A DNA stretch of 47,835 bases. Source: Eubacteriales bacterium. Lineage in GTDB: Bacteria > Bacillota > Clostridia > Oscillospirales > CAG-382. The stretch is from NCBI GenBank assembly GCA_045535385.1, contig JAZSLN010000096.1, positions 1 through 47,835 on the forward strand. The letters are read 5' to 3'. The notes beneath the pieces are model-generated. The model was not told the origin of the DNA, ran no database searches, and saw only the letters and a list, made by a program, of their open reading frames with translations. This document shows, one piece after another, positions 35,323 through 43,357 of the stretch. Each line of letters starts with the position of its first letter. The stretch's first letter is position 1. The position numbers and the translations under genes were made by a program.

Positions 35323-35377
35323 TACGTATATTACGTATATTACGTATATTTTCGGGGTATAAATAAGCGAAGCGAAC

Positions 35378-35407
35378 AAAAAGACGATTCCGAAGAATCG
35401 TCTTTTT
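35378..35407. terminator. Intrinsic terminator of the giant gene (bidirectional form)
   Basis: aaaaagacgattc-cgaa-gaatcgtcttttt, 23 nt beyond the stop codon. Confidence 0.8.
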
Positions 35408-35429
35408 ATTTGTCTTTACGAGATTTTGA

Positions 35430-38400
35430 TTACCAAATCTGCAATTCGTTAATCATTATGAACGCTGCCTGTGTATCGGAAGCTGTACCGGTACGTTTGC
35501 CTATGTTACCAACAACCTTGATGGAAGTGGTTTCGACAGGTTCAAAGTATGCGGTAGCCCAATAGAAGGATCCGTTATCTCTATTAAGGTTGTTTACTTC
35601 GCCTACCTTTTCATATACGCCGTTGTCATTAAGTGCGTAGATGTAAATGTAGTTAGCAGCACCGATACCGCCATCACCGTTGGTACCGTTGTAGAGGTGA
35701 AGGTTAACGTTGCTTACGTTCTTCTTTTCGGAGAAGTTGAAGGTAATACCGCCTGCCTGGTTATCAGCATTGATCGCAAACCAACCGCTGTTTGCCCAAC
35801 CAAAGGTATTTCCCATTTCGCCGTCGGTAAGACAATTCGTTTCATCGTCCAGACCGTAACCGGAAGAGTAAGCAGTTGCGGTGTAAGTCATACCGGAAGC
35901 CATATTGGTCGCGCCCTTGAATCCGAGATCGAAACTTGCTTCAAATGCACGATCCCAAGGCCAATAGAGATCACCAACAATCTTAATCTGACCGAGTGTG
36001 GTATATTGACCAACCTTGGTCATTACAGAAGCGTTGTTAGCGCTGGATCCCGAACCGCCGTTAATACGGTTCATAATAGTAGTCTTCCAAGTGTTGAAGG
36101 AGTCGGAGTCATTAGTACAGAGCACACGGTTTGCATAAGTATCACCGGTCGAATTGTAATCGCTCCATCTTGCTTTCCACTTGTTCGTATATCCAACGTC
36201 CTTAAGGAAGGAGTAGGAAATCTGCTTGAAGAAGCCTACGTGAGATTCATAGGTAATATTATCGGAATTCTTAAGGTAGGAATAACGCGCAATTGCGTTC
36301 GAAATACCAATACCTGCCGCATTCGCGATAGTGTTCCAGTTACTGTAACCGAGGAGTTTCGAAATTTCGAGGTCGGAAGCGATAATTGCGTTACCGAGTT
36401 CTCTATGTTCGGTAGAACCGTCGATAATACAGGTAGGAATACCGTTTTCAATATTGCTCTTCGCCTTATCAATCAAAGCATTAATATAGGAAGAACCTGC
36501 GCCGGCAGTAGGATTCTCCTTAGTACCGCCTCTCGTGTAAACGAGAATGCTCATGTAGTTTCTGGTACCGGACTGCGAAATGATATTCGCGCCTACGCCT
36601 TCAACGTGAACGTTGATAGAGTTGCTGAGAGGTTCAACACCGTAATCATCAGCCGCGTAGTCCTGACCGGGGCCGAAGTATTCAACGACCGCATTAACCT
36701 TGCCGTAGCAGGAGGTTACAAACGCTGCCATAGACATCAAACCGATTTCGTCGATACCGGAGAATACTTCAAAGTTTGCAAGATGGCCGCCCTTATAGTT
36801 GAGCCATGCGGTTTCTGCGGTATGGATAGATGCCTTAGGATAGGAGTCGTCGATACCGACGTAGAAGAGTTTGGAGTTTGCAACGACGCCCTTATCGAAG
36901 AGCATTTCGTTAAGTTTAAGCTTACGCTCACGAGACTTAAGATATCTGTCGAGATACTCTGCTGTGATAGAATATCCGCCCAAAGTATAATACTTGTTGG
37001 CAGATACGTTAAGAGTCTTACCGTCAGCCGTATAAATATTTTCGCCGAGGATATAATTACCGTTAGCGTCCTTTTGGTAGTTAGCGAAAATTCTGTCAAG
37101 TGCATCGGAAGCTGTTACGTCAACCTCAGGCCTTTCTTCCAATGCAAAGTAGGAACGGAGGAAGGTGTAATGGTTAACCTTCTTGCCGTCAATTGTAGTC
37201 GAATCGCTGAGGAAGCCGTTGAATTGACCGGTGGATGCAAGACGCATCTGAGAATCGAAGAATACTACTTCCTTTCTCGTAACAAGGCCTGCAAGATAAT
37301 CAATAACGTCTTCTTCGAATGCGAGGTCAGGATCGTAATATGCGCCGTCGTTAGCAGCATTGGGAAGCTTATTTACACCCGCGAAGTCTCTCGAACCTAC
37401 GAGACCGCCGGAAAGGAGCTGGTCGAGAGAAATTACGAAGTAGTCAGCGACGTTTTCGTTAGCCTGAAGCCATTCGTAAAGCTTTTCGGGGTTACCGATT
37501 GCGGAATCATCCGCGGCGGTATCCGCGTTATTAATCTTGGTTCTGTAATATTCCTTAGGAGGCATAAGAATTTCAAAGCCCGAGGACTGCGCAAGATAGA
37601 TTGCACGGTCGATGTTAACGGGACGGTCATCAAGAGGAATGTAAGCGATAACCTTACCGTTGTAGTCTTTGATTATTTCTGTGCCGGGGTTGCCGTTGCC
37701 GCCCTGGTTGCCGCCTTGGTTGCCATCGCCGACATCAGCGCCCTGTTCGGGAAGAACTGCGCCTTCGTTGACCTGATTCCAAGAACGTTCGATTATTTGG
37801 TCATAATATGTGGGCGAACCGTCTACATCGTAGTAGTCGATATAGCTACGGAAGCTCAACTTCTGATCCTTAAGCTGTTCGGGAAGACCGTTAAGTGTTA
37901 CGTAGAATACGTACTTTTCATAGTCAGCAAAGTTGGAGCCTTGTCTCCATTGGTAAATACCTACAGAATCGGCAGAACCGACACCTGCGGTTTCAAGAGT
38001 GAGGTCAACCTCGCCATTAGAATTCTTGGTAAGTTTCTGAGTAAACTGGAATACGATACCAACCTTAGCAACGTCCCAATAGTTGGTAATGCCGTCCATA
38101 TTCGCGCCGTTGAGAACGCGATCGGCACTATCGTATCCTTCTTTATAATTATTTGTAACTTCGTGAGCTTTTCGTCTTATATAATCTTCCGTATACAGAC
38201 CGCCGAACCTAATTGCGTTCTTTCCGGTATTGTTGAAATTACTGGTTACCTTTGCACCGAGAGAAGCTACGGGAGCGTAGTTGTTACGGAGCATATGAGC
38301 ATACTCAGTGGAAGAATTATACTTTAAAGAGGTGATTTCGTCGAAGTTCCAGAAGGGAAGCGAGTAAGAAGTAAAGCCCTTTTGATCGCCGTAAGGAACG

Positions 38401-41400
38401 TTAGTAACGGTGGGGTTAAACATCGTAAAGGGAGCGTCATACTTTTCACCGGAGAACGCGCCGTGTACGAAATATTCAAAGCCTTCGCCGTTGCCGCAAC
38501 CGATTTCATCGAGATTGAACTTGAATTCAACCATAGAGTTACCGGTAGAATCATCGTAACACCATCTACCGTGTTCCTTAGCGAGCTCATAACGTTCGGT
38601 ATCGGTATAAGCGTACCACTGTTCGTCATTGCCGTTAGCGCCATTCTTGGTGTTTTCCATAATTTCTACGGTTTCACCGAAGAGGAGAGACGCACTATAA
38701 TTCTGGTTCTGGGTAGTGCCCTTGCCGCTAGTCTTATCGGCATTACCGCCCCAAGGGTAGAGGTAACCGCCGGTAGAATAACCAAGATGCTTGGAGAAAC
38801 GAAGCTGGGTATTAACGTAAGTTACTTGCTTGGTAGAGTTGCTGTATTGAGTTACACCAATTTGGTCCTCAGGAACACCGGCAATGTTTTTAGCATCGGT
38901 GTTGGTAAGATACCATTCCTGACCTGCGTGGGTCTGACCATGGATATTGATTTTGTCGATATTAAGAGTGGTTTCGATATAGTCGTTACCATTTGCATAT
39001 TGAGCTGCTTCATCGGTAGGAATACCGTAACGAACGTCATAAAGATGGGTAAAGGATACCGCATCCTTAAATTCTTCGTTATGAGATTTTACCCAAACAC
39101 GAACGGAAGGACAGAACTTATAGGTACCGTCAGTGTCCTGAATACCCTGACCGTGAGTACCTGCGAAATCCACGTCGAAAAGTACGAACGCAAAATAAAC
39201 GTTTTCGCCGTCGGTACGCATTTGGTATTTGTAGTTATAGTTCTCAGCACCGTTGGACTGATATTCAACAGACTGAAGAGAACCGTTAGAGCCTTCTCTT
39301 ACTTCGGTCCAACCGTTGGGGTCCCAACCGCTGTCGCCGAGATCGCCGTCAACCTCGATGATTTCAGGGTAGAAGTAGCCAAGAGTATCAACCTTAAGAG
39401 CGGTTTTGTACCAAACTCCGTTGTCGGGAAGGTTCACGTTACGGTTAGATGCGTCGGTCTTTTCAACCGAGAAGGTTACGTTAAGAGCTTCAAGCTCGTA
39501 ACCGAAAACAGAGTCATAAATACTGGAAACGTTTCCGGGGTCAACAACCGAAGCAGTATCGAGACCTCTGAATCTTACGATTGCGCCAATCTTGAACTGA
39601 GCCTTACAGTCGGCAATATAACCCGTGCCGTAAACCGACTTCCAAGAAGCTTGGATTGCCTGCTGTGCATCAGTGCCTTTGTCGTATATGTCATAAAAAA
39701 GAGTGTCGTAGAGGGCGTAAATAAAGCCGCCTTCTTTAATTGCCGCCAAAACCTCATTCTTTGCATCGGCACCGGTGGGATCGGCAACGCAATCAACGGT
39801 ATATTCGTTAGCGGTAGAGGTAGGATTGAATACGAAATAAGTAGCATAACCGTTAATCTTGTTGCGGTTAGCGTAGGAGTAAATCATACCTGCACGAGGA
39901 GTAACAGCTGCGGCATTAATATGAGTTACAAAAAGCTTATCGTAAGTATCGGTAGCGGGATAGTAGAGACCGAGTTCCTCGCCGTTAACTTCGTGCAAGG
40001 AGGAAACGGTATATTCAAAACCGCTTCTGTCGGGATCGAACAAATCGAGGTCGATCATGTATTCAAGGCTGGTTCTGCCATTAATGATGTTGGCGCCAAT
40101 CTGAACACCCGTATACTTATCGAAGGAAAGCTTAGTACCGTTCTTGTCGTAAGCTTCACAGACAAATTGACCGTTTTGTTCGAAGAAATGGAATCGATGG
40201 GTATAACCGTTTTGCGCGGGGTCTGCGTTAATCCAAAGAGTATATTCGGTAACGCCGGAGACAGCCTCATCGTCAAGAATTGCAAAGCCGTAGAAATTAT
40301 TTTGTCCTACGTATGCAGTCTGACCGAATGCGTAGGTATTATTGGATTCCTGAGGAGGATTGTAGTAACCGGTAGAACCGTTTACGCCGATATAGTCGGA
40401 ATAATCGTTCCAGAAGAATTCGGTACGCATACCGTCGATTTCAACTGTATCAAAGGTATTTTCGGAATAGAAGTAACGAGAAGTACTATAATCCCAAGAG
40501 CCGGGTTTGAACACGCGGAACTCGTTATTACCGTTATTATCGTCAACGTGAGTAGCAATACCCTTACCGGTATTCCAACCGTCTTCAACAGAAACATGGT
40601 AGTTATATACGAGAGAATTGTTACCGGAAGTATATATAGGCATATCGGTACGAGCCATCTGGAGAGGAATCTTAAATTCCAAAACAGCAACGTAGCCTTT
40701 TGAAATCGCGGAATACATTTCGGGATATGCTGTACGATATTTAGCGTTGCACTCAGAAGCACTGACAGTTCTTAACACCGCTTCAAGACCGTACTGCATT
40801 TCGCCGGTAGCATTCATCGTAGTAGCCGAGTTGCTTGCATAGGTATAGCCGGCATAGTTTCCGTTTGCGTCTTTAATATAATAGGTATGACCTAATTTCG
40901 ACGCATCGGTTCCGTTGGAAACCATAACGCGAGTATCGCCGCCTGAACCAAGGTAGAAGGAGATTGCTTCCGTGAAACCACTCGATGCGCCCTGATCATT
41001 AAGCCAGAGACGATAGGTCGTAGCAGTATATGCCTCACCGCTGGTGTTAGAGGGAGTAGCCTTCTTCAAACCGGATTTAAGAAGGATAACCGCCGAACCG
41101 TAGAGATAGTCATGGTCAGCAATAACTTCGGAACGGAAAGAAAGAACGTCGCCATTGTCTCTTCCGGTATTCTTATAGGAGCTGTTAACGAAATAATCGG
41201 TAGCCGCGAGATTACTCCATTCGCTATCGTTAAGAGAACCGTTAGCAGTCAAACCGGTAAGAGTATAACCGGGTTCGGCATGAGTCTTGCTGGAGAGAGT
41301 GAGATAGTCGGTGGAAGCATAGGTATCGTACTGACGCCAATAAGTACCGCCGTTATCACCTTCGTCTATCGCAGAACCCTCGTAGGTCTCGAGGAACAAT

Positions 41401-42881
41401 CTGATATTGCTGGGCGCGGTAGTACCATCGTTAAGGTATTTAAGTTCGATTCTGAACTCGAAGGTAACGATAGAGTCGTTCTTACGCATACCACCGGCTT
41501 TTCTTTCGCCGTTTTCGTAATTTTCCTTAGCAGTGGTGTATTGAGACGAATAGGCACTGTCGCCTTGATAGATATGGTAAGTGGAGTCCAAATGAGAAGT
41601 GGAGGTAGACTTAACCTGGAGACTTCCTACAACAGGTCTCGAACCGTCTTCCTTATAGAAGTTAACGGCGAGGTAAGTAGTATCGGCATAGGTTTCCAAC
41701 CACTGATTATAAGTGGTAGAACCGTTAACCGCGTCGGTACCAACCATATTGTGATAGGTAGCGCCCTTCTTATCGTAGACAATAACCGCGCCGTAAAGGT
41801 AAGTACCGTCGGTACGGAGATCATACTTGAACTTCATACCGTTAAAGCCCCTGGTATAAGCGCCGTCCGCCAAGCCGGAATAACAGCCGTAACTACCGCC
41901 GGTATGGGTATGGTAAGAATGGGGGTCGCCGTGGTTAGTGCTGTAACCGGTAGCGGTATCGTTCTTAAGCGCAAGGTCGAGGGGACCTACGGTATCTTTG
42001 TTACCGTCGTCGATAAACTGGTGAGAGGTCTTATCGCTTTCGCGCATATCCGAAAGGTTAGCCCAAGCGGGTTCCTCGAGACGGCCGTCAATAATAACGT
42101 TATGCTGGGATTCGCTGGCGCCGTTAAGAGGAAGGTGCTTGTCGGAGTTACCGTCGAGGATATCGCGTCTTGTAACAACGATAGCATTTGCAGGCCAAGC
42201 TTCATCGGGCTTCTTAAGCTCTTCAGCACCGTTAGTAGCAATAACGGGGTAGTAGAGCTTGTTTTTGCCGTTTTTAGCCGCAACAAAATACGTAATGGAG
42301 TTCGTGCTTGCGAACGCCTTACGGTAAGCGCGGAATTCAACAACGGTCATGCCCGCTTCAACGGTATCTTTAGCAGCCTTAATCTGGAACTGTTCAGCAG
42401 GCCACTTAGAATCGTTACCGTTAGCATAAGAGGGGGCCTTACCATTAATAGTATAGGAGGTAAGAGAAGTACCGTTAAGGCCTATAACGATAGTATCGGT
42501 AGCTGCAGAAGCTTCGCTATCGTTAAGCCAGATGGTTACTTCGGTTGCACCCTGAGCAAGGGCGAAGACACCGTATAGGTAGTCGCCGTCCATCTTAAGC
42601 TGGTATTTATACGAAAAAGTAACGTTATCGGGTGCGTTACTGTCCCAAGTACCCGTACGTCTGTTTACCGTATTCCATTCATCTTTATCCCAACCGGTGT
42701 CCTTATAATCACCGTCAACCAAAATGGTTTCGGCGAGAGGCTGGTTAAGGGCATTGTGAATGGATTGGTTTGTGATATCGTTCATCGCTACACCGGGACC
42801 GTGAGCGAGTGCGGAGATAAAGGATACGGGAAGTACCATTATCAACGCAAGGATAAGAGCAATTGTTCTTTTCACAATCAT
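35430..42881 (-). CDS. Giant (2,483 aa) secreted protein: signal peptide, at least 5 CBM9-like modules, further beta-rich region, G/N/Q linker, DUF4127-like domain, C-terminal discoidin (F5/8 type C)-like domain
   Basis: aaggaga RBS and signal peptide MIVKRTIALILALIMVLPVSFISALA. Five modules share (I/V)DG.L.(D/E)..W ... Y(K/R)Y....DG..(L/V)Y(G/F)a at about 42730-38300. The linker GDGNQGGNQGGNGNPG is at 37683-37735. The DUF4127-like segment starts IAYIPLDDRPVN...ISLDQLLSGGLVGSR (about 37660-35930). The C-terminal discoidin-like segment is CLTDGEMGN...FIMINELQIW. I saw no dockerin, LPXTG or SLH motif. Confidence 0.8.
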   Translation of the reverse strand: MIVKRTIALILALIMVLPVSFISALAHGPGVAMNDITNQSIHNALNQPLAETILVDGDYKDTGWDKDEWNTVNRRTGTWDSNAPDNVTFSYKYQLKMDGDYLYGVFALAQGATEVTIWLNDSEASAATDTIVIGLNGTSLTSYTINGKAPSYANGNDSKWPAEQFQIKAAKDTVEAGMTVVEFRAYRKAFASTNSITYFVAAKNGKNKLYYPVIATNGAEELKKPDEAWPANAIVVTRRDILDGNSDKHLPLNGASESQHNVIIDGRLEEPAWANLSDMRESDKTSHQFIDDGNKDTVGPLDLALKNDTATGYSTNHGDPHSYHTHTGGSYGCYSGLADGAYTRGFNGMKFKYDLRTDGTYLYGAVIVYDKKGATYHNMVGTDAVNGSTTYNQWLETYADTTYLAVNFYKEDGSRPVVGSLQVKSTSTSHLDSTYHIYQGDSAYSSQYTTAKENYENGERKAGGMRKNDSIVTFEFRIELKYLNDGTTAPSNIRLFLETYEGSAIDEGDNGGTYWRQYDTYASTDYLTLSSKTHAEPGYTLTGLTANGSLNDSEWSNLAATDYFVNSSYKNTGRDNGDVLSFRSEVIADHDYLYGSAVILLKSGLKKATPSNTSGEAYTATTYRLWLNDQGASSGFTEAISFYLGSGGDTRVMVSNGTDASKLGHTYYIKDANGNYAGYTYASNSATTMNATGEMQYGLEAVLRTVSASECNAKYRTAYPEMYSAISKGYVAVLEFKIPLQMARTDMPIYTSGNNSLVYNYHVSVEDGWNTGKGIATHVDDNNGNNEFRVFKPGSWDYSTSRYFYSENTFDTVEIDGMRTEFFWNDYSDYIGVNGSTGYYNPPQESNNTYAFGQTAYVGQNNFYGFAILDDEAVSGVTEYTLWINADPAQNGYTHRFHFFEQNGQFVCEAYDKNGTKLSFDKYTGVQIGANIINGRTSLEYMIDLDLFDPDRSGFEYTVSSLHEVNGEELGLYYPATDTYDKLFVTHINAAAVTPRAGMIYSYANRNKINGYATYFVFNPTSTANEYTVDCVADPTGADAKNEVLAAIKEGGFIYALYDTLFYDIYDKGTDAQQAIQASWKSVYGTGYIADCKAQFKIGAIVRFRGLDTASVVDPGNVSSIYDSVFGYELEALNVTFSVEKTDASNRNVNLPDNGVWYKTALKVDTLGYFYPEIIEVDGDLGDSGWDPNGWTEVREGSNGSLQSVEYQSNGAENYNYKYQMRTDGENVYFAFVLFDVDFAGTHGQGIQDTDGTYKFCPSVRVWVKSHNEEFKDAVSFTHLYDVRYGIPTDEAAQYANGNDYIETTLNIDKINIHGQTHAGQEWYLTNTDAKNIAGVPEDQIGVTQYSNSTKQVTYVNTQLRFSKHLGYSTGGYLYPWGGNADKTSGKGTTQNQNYSASLLFGETVEIMENTKNGANGNDEQWYAYTDTERYELAKEHGRWCYDDSTGNSMVEFKFNLDEIGCGNGEGFEYFVHGAFSGEKYDAPFTMFNPTVTNVPYGDQKGFTSYSLPFWNFDEITSLKYNSSTEYAHMLRNNYAPVASLGAKVTSNFNNTGKNAIRFGGLYTEDYIRRKAHEVTNNYKEGYDSADRVLNGANMDGITNYWDVAKVGIVFQFTQKLTKNSNGEVDLTLETAGVGSADSVGIYQWRQGSNFADYEKYVFYVTLNGLPEQLKDQKLSFRSYIDYYDVDGSPTYYDQIIERSWNQVNEGAVLPEQGADVGDGNQGGNQGGNGNPGTEIIKDYNGKVIAYIPLDDRPVNIDRAIYLAQSSGFEILMPPKEYYRTKINNADTAADDSAIGNPEKLYEWLQANENVADYFVISLDQLLSGGLVGSRDFAGVNKLPNAANDGAYYDPDLAFEEDVIDYLAGLVTRKEVVFFDSQMRLASTGQFNGFLSDSTTIDGKKVNHYTFLRSYFALEERPEVDVTASDALDRIFANYQKDANGNYILGENIYTADGKTLNVSANKYYTLGGYSITAEYLDRYLKSRERKLKLNEMLFDKGVVANSKLFYVGIDDSYPKASIHTAETAWLNYKGGHLANFEVFSGIDEIGLMSMAAFVTSCYGKVNAVVEYFGPGQDYAADDYGVEPLSNSINVHVEGVGANIISQSGTRNYMSILVYTRGGTKENPTAGAGSSYINALIDKAKSNIENGIPTCIIDGSTEHRELGNAIIASDLEISKLLGYSNWNTIANAAGIGISNAIARYSYLKNSDNITYESHVGFFKQISYSFLKDVGYTNKWKARWSDYNSTGDTYANRVLCTNDSDSFNTWKTTIMNRINGGSGSSANNASVMTKVGQYTTLGQIKIVGDLYWPWDRAFEASFDLGFKGATNMASGMTYTATAYSSGYGLDDETNCLTDGEMGNTFGWANSGWFAINADNQAGGITFNFSEKKNVSNVNLHLYNGTNGDGGIGAANYIYIYALNDNGVYEKVGEVNNLNRDNGSFYWATAYFEPVETTSIKVVGNIGKRTGTASDTQAAFIMINELQIW

Positions 42882-42941
42882 TTCTCCTTTATATAAACTA
42901 CTTTTTTATTTCTATTTGAGTGAATATCTGTTCAACTTGCG

Positions 42942-42970
42942 ATTATACACCTAATTTTCTTTATTGTCAA
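42942..42970 (-). promoter_or_regulatory. SigA-type promoter of the giant gene (TTGACA-17 nt-TATAAT with upstream TG)
   Basis: The minus strand reads ttgacaataaagaaaattaggtgtataat, with -35 at 42970-42965 and -10 at 42947-42942, about 60 nt upstream of the start codon. Confidence 0.6.
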
Positions 42971-43284
42971 TGCTTTTCGGGCATTTTTACTTTACATAAT
43001 TTTACAAATTGTTAATTTTTTGAGAACGACGCGAATTTCGGCGATTTTCGGAAAGACTTCCTTTAATATATATAATACAAATTATTATCAGACAGCCACT
43101 ACTAATAGCGGTTTACGAAATTTCACGGCACAATATGCAGTTACAGAGAAAGAAATATGCATAAAAAATTATGTTTTCGACATTATTCGACATTTCAGAG
43201 AGATTTTCCGAATAACTTTGTCGAAAAAAGGGGAAGTATACACTTTTTATGCAAAAATATTAATCGTTACTTAAAAAATACACC

Positions 43285-43313
43285 TTGACAGTAGATTATA
43301 CGGGGAGTACAAT
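43285..43313 (+). promoter_or_regulatory. SigA-type promoter (TTGACA-17 nt-TACAAT)
   Basis: -35 at 43285-43290 and -10 at 43308-43313, about 45 nt upstream of the 43358 start. Confidence 0.55.
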
Positions 43314-43357
43314 TAATATGTATAGATGTATAAAAAACAAGAAACGGACGGTGTATT

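Larger units (their letters stand above)
34137..35350. repeat. 1.3 kb gene-free block made of stacked intergenic repeat modules
   Basis: Three copies of the GGGTTTGTA..TTAATTGTTRC module start at about 34218, 34628 and 35008. There is a long hairpin module at 34445-34510, a 25-bp direct repeat at 34137-34161 and 34371-34395, a 247-nt TIR-bounded element, three GTAGGGAC hairpins, and (tacgtatat)x3 at 35322-35348. Confidence 0.85.

Noticed and set aside
35322-35348. Tandem repeat (tacgtatat)x3.
   Set aside because: It is real but only 27 bp with three units. It is too short to assign a function, so I list it only as part of the repeat-rich block.
35084-35350. Possible CRISPR array, from repeated ~32-nt hairpins with ~85-120 bp spacing.
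   Set aside because: There are only three copies, in mixed orientation. The spacers share sequence with each other. No cas genes are in the window, and a related hairpin occurs singly at 2461-2492. It is REP-like, not CRISPR.
43020-43274. 84-aa ORF in the divergent promoter region between the giant gene and the RNB-like gene.
   Set aside because: It has a TTG start with no RBS and lies in AT-rich promoter DNA with a low-complexity translation. It overlaps the region expected to hold regulatory sites.
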